From Vicinamibacterales bacterium (GTDB lineage: Bacteria; Acidobacteriota; Vicinamibacteria; Vicinamibacterales; UBA8438): a stretch of 64,000 bases of DNA. Within the stretch, counting starts at the first letter, position 1, and the number at the start of each line of letters is the position of its first letter. The position numbers and the translations under genes were made by a program. The DNA lies in NCBI GenBank assembly GCA_965216615.1, contig CBDCGH010000013.1, positions 6,307 through 70,306 on the forward strand, given 5' to 3'. Below the pieces are notes generated by a model. It saw nothing but the letters and a program-made list of their open reading frames with translations. It had not been told where the DNA came from and did no database searches. Below are positions 1 to 9,751 of the stretch, one piece after another.

Positions 1-2
1 TC

Positions 3-563
3 ACCGGACCGGTCCCTCACCTCTTCGCCAAGAATGAGGCGATTCGGCGAGCGCTCGAGGTCGACGGGATCGAAACGGTCGTGAGCGAGATGGAGCTCCC
101 GGAACCGGTGGGTGACGCCGACCTCGCGAAAGCCGTGGCAGAAGTCGTGATGAACTACGTTCACTATACGCTGTGGGACTACTTCGATGCCTACGTCGAG
201 GAGGGGGTAGTCACGCTGTTGGGCAGCGTCACGCCAGATCGGGACAAGCAGCGGGAGCTCTACCGCGACATCGCGCGCATCCCGGGTGTCCAGGACTACG
301 TGGACCGCGTCGAGGTTCTCTCCCCGTCGACAGCAGACAACAGGCTCCGAGCAGGCATCAATCAATCCCTGAGCCGGAGTAGTCACTTCGACCGGTATCT
401 CAACCAGAGAAACCTCCCATTTCACATCATCATCAACAACGGCGTGGTCACGCTCAAGGGCTTCGTGCGGAACCAGATCGAGTACTTGGAGATGCAGCGA
501 ATCATCGCGCAGATGGGCGGGGCGCTTCGCGTTGACAACCAGCTCGAGGTCCTGGCTCCCTAG
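3..563 (+). CDS. Multi-BON-domain protein, 5' end outside the window
   Basis: The frame is open from position 3 (TGPVPHLFAKNEAIRRALEVDGIETVVSEM...). Repeated BON-like motifs: 'V.EGVVTLLGSV' and 'INNGVVTLKGFV...LRVDNQLEV'. Confidence 0.75.
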   Translation, partial: TGPVPHLFAKNEAIRRALEVDGIETVVSEMELPEPVGDADLAKAVAEVVMNYVHYTLWDYFDAYVEEGVVTLLGSVTPDRDKQRELYRDIARIPGVQDYVDRVEVLSPSTADNRLRAGINQSLSRSSHFDRYLNQRNLPFHIIINNGVVTLKGFVRNQIEYLEMQRIIAQMGGALRVDNQLEVLAP

Positions 564-579
564 TGCGGACGCGCTCGGG

Positions 580-2301
580 CTACATCAGGCGATCGGGCGG
601 ATCCGACTCTCGGTCGATGCCAACCACCTCGAAACGGTCGCCGACTGGCCGCAAGTACACCGCAACCCGGCGATTCCACATCGGATAGTCGTCGTGAACG
701 GCATGGATGTCCGCCACGAGAAACGTGTCGCGACCGTCGGTCACGTTAGGAGCGTCGGGAAGGGCAATCGTCGTAGAGGTGGTTTCTCGCTCACGGCCCA
801 CCGCCGCGCGGCTGGCCGTCGCGTTGTCGTAGACGGACCACTGCACACGATAGGTGGTGCCCGGTTCGGCGAACCCGAAATCCTCGGATAGATTCCTGAA
901 CGTCAGTGCGTCGGCGGTGACCTCGAATTGGTCGATCGGGTTGACCCGGTTCATGTAGCGCCGGGCGGTCTTGCGCTGGCGCGCGATGAGCGTCTCAAGG
1001 AAATAGTCCGCGGCGTCGGGGTCGCTGAGCTGCCCGGTTGCGACGATGGCCGCCAGCTCTTCGCGCGTAAACCGCATGATGATCTTGGCGGCCCAGAAGG
1101 CGTCACGGTCCGTCATGCGGACGAAGGCCGGGTTCGGATAGTCGTTGCGCCACAGATGGGGCTCGTAGAAATCGGATTCCCATCTGCCGATCGATTCGTA
1201 CTTGGGGAGCTCCGGCCATTTCACCTTTCGATAAGTCGGCGTCCGGAACCCAAAACTCTTCAGGTTCTTTCGCACCTCATCGAGATCGAGCCAATAGTGG
1301 AAGCTGACGTTCGGCAGCTGCAGGTCGACACTGCCGCTCCCGAACGTCGATCCAAAGTCCATGAGGTGATGCCGGATGTAGTGCCGGTCACCGTCCTCCA
1401 CCCAGCTGTCCTGTGTGTTCTGGGCCCGGGTGTCATCATGGTTGGTCCACGCAGCAAATAGCCGAAGCCCGCGCAGCTCGCGTCGATTCTCGTGCAGAAG
1501 AACGTCGTTCGGGTCGTCGCTCCGAGTCCCATAGTACCGAAACGGGCCGATCGGCCTTCCTGCGATGTACCGACTGGCCGTCACACGTATCCGTCCATCG
1601 GGAAGCCGTGGGACGCGCCGCAGCAGCCGGCGAAGAAAGCTCTGGATCAGCGGCGCTTCGTCCCCAAACTCGTCCTCGATCACCGTATCCGGCTGGACCG
1701 TGAGGCCGGCTTTGGGGTCGATCTCGACGATGTAGTTCTCCGGCGTGTTGTATCCGATGGCATAGAACAGCTTTGTTCCAATGATCTCGGCGGCCGAGCT
1801 CAGCTCGGGGATGCCGACCGGATCGAACTTGATGACGTAGCGATCGCCGCGACCGTCGATAATCTGGACGCCAGGGGTCAACCCGCCGATCTTGCTTTGA
1901 AAGACTTGCCACGGGACGCTCATGTCCGGCCCATCGAGCGTATTGGGTCCCCTGATAAGCTCGGGAATCGTCCGGCGCTTGACGCCGTGCCGGTTCGTGA
2001 ACCACGAGCTGTCTGGCACTTCGTCCAGCGTATTGACGTTCTCGGCTTCCGTCAGTTCAGGCGAGCCAAGGTCGGCCACGATGTGTCCGAACCGATCGAA
2101 CATATCGCTCAGATCGATCTCCGCCGGCTGCTCAGGCACGTCCAGATTGTCGCGATCCACGAGCATCGGATCGTCTGAGTAGAACTTCCTTTGCTGCGCC
2201 TCCACCGTGACGAGCACTGCCATCGTGAGGACGAGCACGGTGAGGACGAGCACGCCTCGAACCGCTACCGTCGTCATCCCGTTAGCACTATTGCTACGCA
2301 T
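580..2301 (-). CDS. Exported hypothetical protein with atypical (HipA/PI3K-like) kinase motifs, copy A
   Basis: Sec signal peptide (...VTVEA-QQ). Motifs KIGGLTPG, YVIKFD, AAEIIG..LFYAIGY..P, WTNHDDTRAQN, LMDFGS. The start overlaps the upstream stop (TAATG at 2299-2303). Confidence 0.7.
   Translation of the reverse strand: MRSNSANGMTTVAVRGVLVLTVLVLTMAVLVTVEAQQRKFYSDDPMLVDRDNLDVPEQPAEIDLSDMFDRFGHIVADLGSPELTEAENVNTLDEVPDSSWFTNRHGVKRRTIPELIRGPNTLDGPDMSVPWQVFQSKIGGLTPGVQIIDGRGDRYVIKFDPVGIPELSSAAEIIGTKLFYAIGYNTPENYIVEIDPKAGLTVQPDTVIEDEFGDEAPLIQSFLRRLLRRVPRLPDGRIRVTASRYIAGRPIGPFRYYGTRSDDPNDVLLHENRRELRGLRLFAAWTNHDDTRAQNTQDSWVEDGDRHYIRHHLMDFGSTFGSGSVDLQLPNVSFHYWLDLDEVRKNLKSFGFRTPTYRKVKWPELPKYESIGRWESDFYEPHLWRNDYPNPAFVRMTDRDAFWAAKIIMRFTREELAAIVATGQLSDPDAADYFLETLIARQRKTARRYMNRVNPIDQFEVTADALTFRNLSEDFGFAEPGTTYRVQWSVYDNATASRAAVGRERETTSTTIALPDAPNVTDGRDTFLVADIHAVHDDYPMWNRRVAVYLRPVGDRFEVVGIDRESDPPDRLM
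2225..2254. repeat. Perfect 15-bp tandem duplication, in frame
   Basis: gtgaggacgagcacg x2, giving VLVLT-VLVLT in the signal peptide of kinase-like copy A. Confidence 0.9.
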
Positions 2302-3550
2302 TAGAAGCTCGGGCCGCTACCGATGTGGAAGATCAACCCCTCGTTGCTGCGTGCGAGGTCGAAATGCAGGACCATACCGCCCGGCGCTTGGCCGCGGAGG
2401 CCGAACCCGTAGCCCGACTTCATACCTGACAAATCGAGGTCATCGGCATCCGAAAAGACCTTGCCCGCATCGTAGAAGACGGCCAAGTGGGCGAACGTCC
2501 AAACCTCCCAGCGATACTCCGCGTTGAGCACCAGGTTCCGGGTGTCCCTGAATCGATACTCGCGAAACCCGCGAATCGAGTTCGCGCCCCCGACGGTTTC
2601 CATCAGATGGAACGGCACGGCGCCCCCGCCCTCCCCAACCGAATGCGAGCTTCGTACACGCAACGCCAGGATCCGGTTCCGGTGCACGATCGGGATGTGC
2701 GCCTGAACGTCTCGGACACCCGAGTGAAATCGTAGGCGCCACCATTGCGATCGTCGTAGCGCTCGACGCTTGCAGCCAACGTCACGCCGACCGAAGGAAT
2801 GATGTTTTGCTCGCGCAAGTGGACCTTCGCGCGACCGCGGTAGACCAGAAAATCAGTCTCGATACCGAAGCCCGGTACCGTCAGAGGGTCGAACCGGTCG
2901 TCCAGGCTTATCCCGTTTGCCACGGAGCCCGGTTCGCTCGTCAGCCGCTGAATGTCGGCGCCGAACTCGGCAACTCGGCCCGCCCATGCGTCAATACCCA
3001 GCTCGAACGAACGGTCTTCCAAGCGGTAGGTGGTGCGGTCGCTCCGGCTCGTGGTGGGACCCAGCCCAAAGAATCTCAGCGAGCTGAAATCGCGCTGCCC
3101 CCACGTGAGGTGACCCTGTACCGGCAACACACTGTTCGCCCGGGGGAAGATCAGCAAGCCCGCGTCAAACGCTTCGTACCCGAGGGTCGAGTACCGCGCA
3201 TTCGCCGTGAACTGAAACAGCTCGCTGTTGTATCCAGCGATGTATCCGCCGCCGCCTGCCAATCCCGACCCGGATGGCATGCCACCGATGACCGGCCGGA
3301 ACCCCGCGAATCCTTTGGTGAAGAGCCGACGCGGGAGCCGCCACGTCTCGAGAAACTGCACCCGCCGCTCGGCATCAGAAATGACGTACGGCTCCAGGAG
3401 GCCAGACTTCTCCACCCGCCGTTGCTGGAGTATCTCGGCGCGGCTGGTTGGCTCGGTCTCGGTTTGCGCGTCACCGGCTGTCTGCGCGGTCGCGGTCAGC
3501 GCACAGATCAGTGGCACGGGAAGCAGAAAGATGACGCGGAGCAAGCGCAT
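2301..3550 (-). pseudogene. Omp85/BamA-TamA-family outer-membrane barrel without POTRA domains, copy A; frameshifted near 2713
   Basis: ORFs 2603..3550 and 2301..2687 join if one base is added (gtg tcc g[g]a gac gtt = VSGDVQAHIP). Signal peptide, GGANSIRGF motif, NAEYRW, FYDAGKV, C-terminal Phe. Paralogous to 15669..17018. Confidence 0.75.
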
Positions 3551-3583
3551 GGTGTTGCGAGACGGCAGTGATTGTATCCCGGT

Positions 3584-3832
3584 TCACCTGAGGCGATCAG
3601 TCGAGCCAACGGGATCGGCCCAGATTCGTCTGCGGAACGCGGCCAGGAGAAACACGCCGAGCCCGCCGAGCATGAGTCCACCGCCCCCAACCCCGAAGAC
3701 GATGAAGGCAAGGGGATGGTTCCAAGCAAACGACAGCAGCTGGACGATCAGCCCGACCGCAATCAAGAGCACACTCACGCGGAGGGGCCGTTCCAAGTCG
3801 GATCGGGACATGCCTGATACGGCAGGACCCAT
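3584..3832 (-). CDS. Small membrane protein with two TM helices
   Basis: The ATG at 3832 overlaps the napC-like stop (TGATG). Two hydrophobic segments. Confidence 0.6.
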   Translation of the reverse strand: MGPAVSGMSRSDLERPLRVSVLLIAVGLIVQLLSFAWNHPLAFIVFGVGGGGLMLGGLGVFLLAAFRRRIWADPVGSTDRLR

Positions 3833-4443
3833 CAGCGGCCACCCTCCCACATATCGAGAGTTGCGAGCTTGCCGACGTCGTGGACGAGATCGTGACACTC
3901 CAGGCACGAGATGTCGTTCGACTCAAGCTCCGGGCGGATGTCTCGATGCAGATCGCTCTCGTTGAAGAAACGCGCCTCGGCGTGACAATGGAGACACTCG
4001 CGATTCTGGTAAGGCTGGTAGAGCGTGAGCTCATCGGGAACCGTCCCGAGGTAGTTGACCCACACGTGCTTCAGACCAGTCATCTTGGCTTGCAGGTCAC
4101 CGTACATGGTGTAGTTCGTGTGACACACGAAGCACGCGAGGTCCTTGTCGACGCGCGCGTTCTGAAAGTGTTGGGCCGGGAGGTGGTCGGGGCTGTCAAT
4201 GTCCAGACTCTGACCGTAGGGCTCCATGACATGACACGACACGCAGAACTCAGTCCGCTTGGACCGCTCGACATGCTGACCCAGACCGAGGGAGAACGCG
4301 ATGACCGGCAGCGCCAGCACCGCCAGGAACACGAGAAGGCGCCCTCCGGCGACGGCGATGAGCCCCGGCCGTCGCAACACAACCGCGATCAACGCAAGGT
4401 TGAAGAGTCCGATGGCGAAGACGCCGAACAGGCCGGGAGACAT
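3832..4443 (-). CDS. NapC/NirT (CymA-like) membrane-anchored tetraheme cytochrome c
   Basis: N-terminal TM helices, 'TEFCVSCHVM', four CxxCH motifs (CVSCH, CFVCH, CLHCH, CLECH). TAATG coupling at 4441-4445. Confidence 0.88.
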   Translation of the reverse strand: MSPGLFGVFAIGLFNLALIAVVLRRPGLIAVAGGRLLVFLAVLALPVIAFSLGLGQHVERSKRTEFCVSCHVMEPYGQSLDIDSPDHLPAQHFQNARVDKDLACFVCHTNYTMYGDLQAKMTGLKHVWVNYLGTVPDELTLYQPYQNRECLHCHAEARFFNESDLHRDIRPELESNDISCLECHDLVHDVGKLATLDMWEGGR

Positions 4444-4829
4444 TAGTGTCGCGTCTCTAGCTGTGCAAGCCACTCGGCAATGATCGGCAGATCGGCAACG
4501 TCCCCACGGAACTTGCTGCGGTGCTGCTTGTCATCGATCGTCACCTCGCGCTTGAGGTACGCGATGATCCACGCCGAGTCGCGTTGGCTGCCGATCTGAC
4601 CCAGGTCCGGTCCGCGCAGGCGCTCCGATTTCGCAGTGGCCTGTATGTCATGGGATTCGACCGAGTGACACCTCGCACAACCGGCGTCCACGTAGGCGGC
4701 CTTTCCGCGATCGACGTCAGACTGACGAATGGCGCTCCCGGATATAAACCCCATCAGAACAACTGCGGGCAGCGCTATGACCAGAGCTGGGAGTCGTGTT
4801 CGCATCGTCACCTCGAGCCAGCTCGACAT
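4443..4829 (-). CDS. Periplasmic monoheme cytochrome c
   Basis: Signal peptide, single CARCH, 'GPDL' motif. Confidence 0.85.
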   Translation of the reverse strand: MSSWLEVTMRTRLPALVIALPAVVLMGFISGSAIRQSDVDRGKAAYVDAGCARCHSVESHDIQATAKSERLRGPDLGQIGSQRDSAWIIAYLKREVTIDDKQHRSKFRGDVADLPIIAEWLAQLETRH

Positions 4830-4857
4830 TCTTCAGGGACCGCCTCTGGACAACACG

Positions 4858-6840
4858 TCAGAACCGGTAGCCAACCAACGCGGTCACGACGTGCGAGCTG
4901 TAGTCATCGAAATCGAAGTCTTGCTCGTTCAGGGAATTGTACTGGTAGCTCAAGTTGAGCACATAGCCGGCCGGCGATGGCAACTCGACGAAGAACCGGT
5001 ACTGCTCCCAATCGAGCCCAAACGTGCCCCGATTGCGATAGGTGAAGATCTCGGTGCCGACCGCCAGCGCGTCGGACAGCTCGGCGCGCGCTCCGCCGGA
5101 TGCCATGTCGAGGTTCGACTCGTAGAGAGCCGCGATCTCGAACATGAGGCCGCCGAGGAAACCGGGCTCGGTCACGATCTGGTTCACGACTTCGTTGCTG
5201 ACGTCGCGGCGGCTGTACCCACCGAACACCGAATAGCGGTCCCGCGCGTAGGTCACTTTCAACCCGAGATCGGTCGTCCGCAGGGTCGCGGGTGCACCCG
5301 TTCGGGGCTGCGTGGGATGGATGCTCCCTGCAAGGTCGTTCTCGATCCGCCGCGTCAGAAACGTGCCGACCACGGCCACGCCCTCCGCGGGCCGAAGACG
5401 CGCGCGGAACTTCACCCGGTCCATACTCGTGGGCGCCACGAGCGTGAACGGGTTGTCGTAGCTCCCTCGCTCGTATTCGGCCAGAAAGTTGACGTGGCGC
5501 GCCGGCGCAAGGACGCCAGTCACGAAGAAGTTGTTCTGCGACGTTTCAACGTGGAGCCCGCCGTCGTGTCCAGGATCTGCGATGTCCGCGAAGGCGAGGC
5601 CCTCGACAAACCGTGTATCGCGGTCCTCAAACCGGTACCCCGCCGTGACGGTCACGGCCTCGGTCGGGTACATTTGGGCGCCGACTTCCAAGGTGCCGGT
5701 GGCGATCTCGATGCGGGTGGGCTGGCTGACATCCGGCAGCCGGAACTCACCCTCCTGCTCGAGATCGGAGTAGCGAAAGCCGCCAATGGCCGCGACATGC
5801 GTGTTGATGTCGTACATCACGTCGATGTCAGTGAGCTTCGTCGTCCGACGCAAATCTCCCTCGCCACGCTCGAAGGTATCGAGCGGGGCGCCCGTGAACT
5901 GAATGCCGCGGGCGACCTCCTGCTCCGTGAATTGCGCATCGAGCGTGCTCAACACCAACCCGGCGTTGACGGTCAGCCGTTCGGTCGGTCGCACATTGAG
6001 CTTGGCCGTCGTCTGCGGCATCGTGAAATCAAAGGGGAGCAGCTGCTCGTAGAAAAACAGCTCCGTAGGGTCGTCCGGCGCCGCGTTTTCGCCCAGAGAG
6101 GCGCCCGGCAGGAACACCCGTCCGTCTGACTCGTAATCGCGATACGTCTGATCGAAGTACACCGACCCCTGATCCAAATAGATCTCGAACCCGACGGTGT
6201 AGTCGCTCTTCGTCTCGTCGAGCGGACGATCGAGCTCGAACTCGTCCCGTGAGATATCCAGTGACGTCGTTGATTCCCCAAGACGCGTCTGACGGTTGAG
6301 CTTGACGAAGACCTTGGCGCGTCGCGAGAAGTTGAAGTCGAAGTCGATTCGATCGTTGACGCGGTTGAAGTCGAACGTATGGAAGTCACCGCCAGTGCTC
6401 TTGTCGATGTCGGCAAGGTCATGAGGCAGCAGGGTATCGCGATAGAAATACTGCGACTCGTTCCGCCTAAACCGGAAGTTGAACCGCCCGTACTCCTTGA
6501 GCGTGACGCCGAAACTCTGGAATGGGTCACCGAGCCCAGTGGCGTCGACGCTGAGGATGTCGAATGGTCCCTCGTCCGTCGTCGGGGTAACGTTGAGATC
6601 GAAGTCAAAGAGCCTGGGACCAGTTCGGTAGTTGAGATCCTCGAAGAACTTGTTCTCGTTTCCGCGACTGTCGCGCCACCGGAACCCGAGGTCGAATCGG
6701 CCGTCGACATTGAACGGGGCCTGCGCGTCTGAGCTCTGCACCGCCGCTGGTGTCTCATTCGCGCGGTCCTGTGCCGTCACGGCGCTGACCCAGCCCATCA
6801 CGGCCAGGAACGCGGCGGCGGATGCGACGCATCTCAGCAT
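4858..6840 (-). CDS. MtrB/PioB-like outer-membrane beta-barrel porin
   Basis: 660 aa, signal peptide, amphipathic beta-strands, C-terminal GYRF, directly downstream of a decaheme cytochrome. Confidence 0.8.
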   Translation of the reverse strand: MLRCVASAAAFLAVMGWVSAVTAQDRANETPAAVQSSDAQAPFNVDGRFDLGFRWRDSRGNENKFFEDLNYRTGPRLFDFDLNVTPTTDEGPFDILSVDATGLGDPFQSFGVTLKEYGRFNFRFRRNESQYFYRDTLLPHDLADIDKSTGGDFHTFDFNRVNDRIDFDFNFSRRAKVFVKLNRQTRLGESTTSLDISRDEFELDRPLDETKSDYTVGFEIYLDQGSVYFDQTYRDYESDGRVFLPGASLGENAAPDDPTELFFYEQLLPFDFTMPQTTAKLNVRPTERLTVNAGLVLSTLDAQFTEQEVARGIQFTGAPLDTFERGEGDLRRTTKLTDIDVMYDINTHVAAIGGFRYSDLEQEGEFRLPDVSQPTRIEIATGTLEVGAQMYPTEAVTVTAGYRFEDRDTRFVEGLAFADIADPGHDGGLHVETSQNNFFVTGVLAPARHVNFLAEYERGSYDNPFTLVAPTSMDRVKFRARLRPAEGVAVVGTFLTRRIENDLAGSIHPTQPRTGAPATLRTTDLGLKVTYARDRYSVFGGYSRRDVSNEVVNQIVTEPGFLGGLMFEIAALYESNLDMASGGARAELSDALAVGTEIFTYRNRGTFGLDWEQYRFFVELPSPAGYVLNLSYQYNSLNEQDFDFDDYSSHVVTALVGYRF

Positions 6841-6846
6841 GAGCCG

Positions 6847-7791
6847 CTATCGAAGGAAGTGCGGATCGAGATTTGACCCGTGGATCGTCGAGTGGCAGTT
6901 GACGCAGTTGGTCGTCGAATCGAAGCGAACGGCCGGACCGAAGCCCTTATGGAAGCCGGGTACCGCGACGTGACACGAATAGCACAGGTCACCATTCGAC
7001 TGGTACTGGAGAAGATGGCGGTTGGGCGAACCATGAGGCACGTGGCACGATGTGCAGCCCTCAATACGACTGCTCAGGTGCTCGAAGACAAAGGGGCCAC
7101 CCTTGTCCGTGTGACATCCGATGCACGTCTCCTGCTTGAATCCCCCGAGTCGACTCCGGGCGCTCGGGCCGTGCTGACCGTGACAATCGGCGCATGTGAC
7201 CATCCCCTCGAGCACGCGGTGCCGTTCATTGAGATGGAGTTCGGCGCGAACCTCTACGTGGCAGCCGAGACAGGCATCGGTCTGCGCACCCGCCAGCAGG
7301 CGATCGCGTCCCGATGCGTCGTGCACCAGATGACATGACGCGCAATCGACCGCTCCCTTCATGTGAGCGCCGGCGCGGTAGTCGAAGTTGGTGACCTCGG
7401 ACGCATGGCAGTCCAGGCACTGTCCAGCGTGGTCCGTCGCGGTGGCCAGGGTATTGAGGGAGTCGAACAGCACCCGGACGTTCTCAGGGTCCTCGACATG
7501 GGCCAAGCCCGGACCATGGCACGACTCGCAGCCGGTCGCGGGCCAGTCACCGGTCTCGGTCTGGAAATGCACGGAGGCACGATAGTCGTCGTACTGATCC
7601 TCGTGGCAATCAGCACATTCCTCCGACCCGACGAATCCGAGATTCTCGGGCACCTGCGCCTCAGCTATCGCCCCAGGATTCTCGGCGGCCGCCCTGGGCG
7701 ACACCCAGACCGCAAGAGCCAGGGCCAAGCCCCACATCAACAGGAGGGCCGGTATCAACGTGACCCTCCTGTTCGCATTCACGCCGCCCAC
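6847..7791 (-). CDS. DmsE/MtrA-family decaheme c-type cytochrome
   Basis: Ten CxxCH motifs, GPFVFEH, and the typical C-terminus CVNCHSTIHGSN...FLR. Confidence 0.92.
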   Translation of the reverse strand: MGGVNANRRVTLIPALLLMWGLALALAVWVSPRAAAENPGAIAEAQVPENLGFVGSEECADCHEDQYDDYRASVHFQTETGDWPATGCESCHGPGLAHVEDPENVRVLFDSLNTLATATDHAGQCLDCHASEVTNFDYRAGAHMKGAVDCASCHLVHDASGRDRLLAGAQTDACLGCHVEVRAELHLNERHRVLEGMVTCADCHGQHGPSARSRLGGFKQETCIGCHTDKGGPFVFEHLSSRIEGCTSCHVPHGSPNRHLLQYQSNGDLCYSCHVAVPGFHKGFGPAVRFDSTTNCVNCHSTIHGSNLDPHFLR

Positions 7792-7975
7792 TCCGGTCTG
7801 AATTGCAAACGGACTGCTAGCGGCTCTCGATGCACGCTGGACCCGCCCGTGAGGCCAAGCGGTGAGAACCGACCATCGAGGGTGTGATTGGACGCGGGGA
7901 ATTTTCAGGAGCGAAGGAGGGATTTCACAGCTACGTCACCAGCGGCTCGGAGCTATTGGATTCGTGGTCTGACGC

Positions 7976-8617
7976 TCACCGACACGACACGCCCGTGCCG
8001 CCGAGGCCGCAGTACCCCCCGGGGTTCTTGGCCAGGTACTGCTGATGGTACTCCTCGGCATAGTAGAACGGACCGGCCGCCTCGATCTCCGTCGAGACCG
8101 GTTCATAGCCGGCATCCGCCAACGCGCGCTCGTAGCGGTCACGCGAGGTCTCGGCAAGCCGCTCCTGGTCCTCGGACGTGTAGTAGATGCCCGAGCGGTA
8201 CTGGGTGCCGACATCGTTACCCTGCCGCATGCCCTGGGTGGGATCGTGGCTCTCCCAGAACAGATCGAGGAGCTCAGCGAAACCGACACCTGCCGGCTCG
8301 AACACAACGAGCACAACCTCGTTGTGACCAGTCATGCCGCTGCAGACCTCACGATACGTGGGATTCGGGGTGACACCCCCCGAGTACCCCACCGCGGTCG
8401 TGTAGACACCCGGGAGCTCCCAGAACGTTCGCTCAGCCCCCCAGAAGCAGCCCATGCCGAGAATCACCTGCTCAGTTCCGGCTGGAAACGGCGGCTCGAG
8501 ACGTGCGCCGTTGACAAAGTGGGTCGACGGGACCGACATCGCTTCCTCGCGACCAGGTAGGGCGTCGGCGGCGGACGGGACCCTCAGCTTCCTGGGATCT
8601 GCGTGCAGTCTGAACAT
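7976..8617 (-). CDS. msrA: Peptide-methionine (S)-S-oxide reductase
   Basis: [29 protein letters not shown]. Start placed at MFRLHAD. Confidence 0.95.
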   Translation of the reverse strand: MFRLHADPRKLRVPSAADALPGREEAMSVPSTHFVNGARLEPPFPAGTEQVILGMGCFWGAERTFWELPGVYTTAVGYSGGVTPNPTYREVCSGMTGHNEVVLVVFEPAGVGFAELLDLFWESHDPTQGMRQGNDVGTQYRSGIYYTSEDQERLAETSRDRYERALADAGYEPVSTEIEAAGPFYYAEEYHQQYLAKNPGGYCGLGGTGVSCR

Positions 8618-8727
8618 GGTGCTCCAAGCGTACCCAAACGAGGGGCCCGACGGCCAGCTTGCGACTTTTGTGGTGTGGTTTTGGTGATAGGCTGTACCCT
8701 CGCAGTCGGGCGCGACGAGAGGACCGC

Positions 8728-9750
8728 ATGACCAAGGAATACACCGCAAAAGTCCCATCGCAGCGGATCACGCCACCAGACATCTTTTTCGACCGTCGCA
8801 AATTTCTCGGGACGTTCGGGATGGGTCTCGTCGCGGCGCCGTTCCTGGGGTGCGCCGTGGGAGCTACGCAACGGCCGCAATCCACAATCATCGACGTCCC
8901 GTTTCAGCGACCCGACGTGTTCCCGACCACGCGGAATGCGGCCTACGATATTCCCGCGACGATCAGCGGCAAGCTGACTCCCCGAGAGGCTGCCGCTGCG
9001 CACAACAACTTCTACGAGTTCCTCTCGGGACGCGGCGGACCCGTCTGGCGGTTTTGTGGGGATTTCGATGTCGACCCGTGGCAGATCAAAGTGTCAGGGG
9101 AATGCAACAACCCGATGACACTCGACCTTGATGACGTGTTCGCCTTCGACCACGAAGAGCGCGTCTACAATTTCCGCTGCGTCGAGCGGTGGTCGATGAA
9201 CGTCCCATGGTCTGGATTCCCGCTCAGCGAACTGATCAAGAAGGCCGACCCGACTGCTCGGGCAAAGTTCGTGAGATTCGAGACCGCGAACAGGCCCAAC
9301 CAGATGCCGGGGATGGCCTCGTCGGCGTGGTATCCATGGCCCTACCAAGAAGCCCTGCGAATTGACGAAGCGATGAACGAGCTCGCGATGGTCGTCACAG
9401 GGGTGTACGGAGAGCCACTGCTCCGACAGCATGGCGCGCCGGTTCGGATCATCGTCCCGTGGAAGTACGGGTACAAGAACCCGAAGTCGATCGTGAAGAT
9501 CGAGTTTCTCCGCGACGAACCGACGGTCTTCTGGCAAGAGACGATCCCGCACGAGTACGGCTTCCTTTCCAACGTGAATCCAAACATTCCGCATCCTCGC
9601 TGGTCGCAGGCCCAGTCATACTGGCTGGACACCGAGGAACTATTCGGCACGCCGATCTTCAACGGCTACGACGAGTACGTCGGAGGCTTGTACCCCGACG
9701 AGCCTCGAGAGCGACAGCGGCCGCTGCAGAAGGGGCAGCGGGCACGCTAG
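8728..9750 (+). CDS. msrP: Protein-methionine-sulfoxide reductase catalytic subunit (Mo, Tat-exported)
   Basis: ITP...RRKFL Tat motif, [37 protein letters not shown]. Confidence 0.92.
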   Translation: MTKEYTAKVPSQRITPPDIFFDRRKFLGTFGMGLVAAPFLGCAVGATQRPQSTIIDVPFQRPDVFPTTRNAAYDIPATISGKLTPREAAAAHNNFYEFLSGRGGPVWRFCGDFDVDPWQIKVSGECNNPMTLDLDDVFAFDHEERVYNFRCVERWSMNVPWSGFPLSELIKKADPTARAKFVRFETANRPNQMPGMASSAWYPWPYQEALRIDEAMNELAMVVTGVYGEPLLRQHGAPVRIIVPWKYGYKNPKSIVKIEFLRDEPTVFWQETIPHEYGFLSNVNPNIPHPRWSQAQSYWLDTEELFGTPIFNGYDEYVGGLYPDEPRERQRPLQKGQRAR

Positions 9751-9751
9751 T

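Noticed and set aside
580-2301. HipA toxin of a toxin-antitoxin pair
   Set aside because: It has a signal peptide and no HipB-like HTH neighbour; only the fold-level motifs are shared.
4729-6129. Long antisense or alternative-frame ORFs (also 15695..16930, 44069..45619, 45750..46769, 17930..18526)
   Set aside because: These are shadow ORFs typical of high-GC DNA, with low-complexity Arg/Ser/Ala translations overlapping well-supported genes.
7804-7820. Sigma54 promoter for the decaheme operon (CTAGCAGTCCGTTTGCA, minus strand)
   Set aside because: Spacing fits, but the invariant -24 GG is AG, so it is too weak to call.
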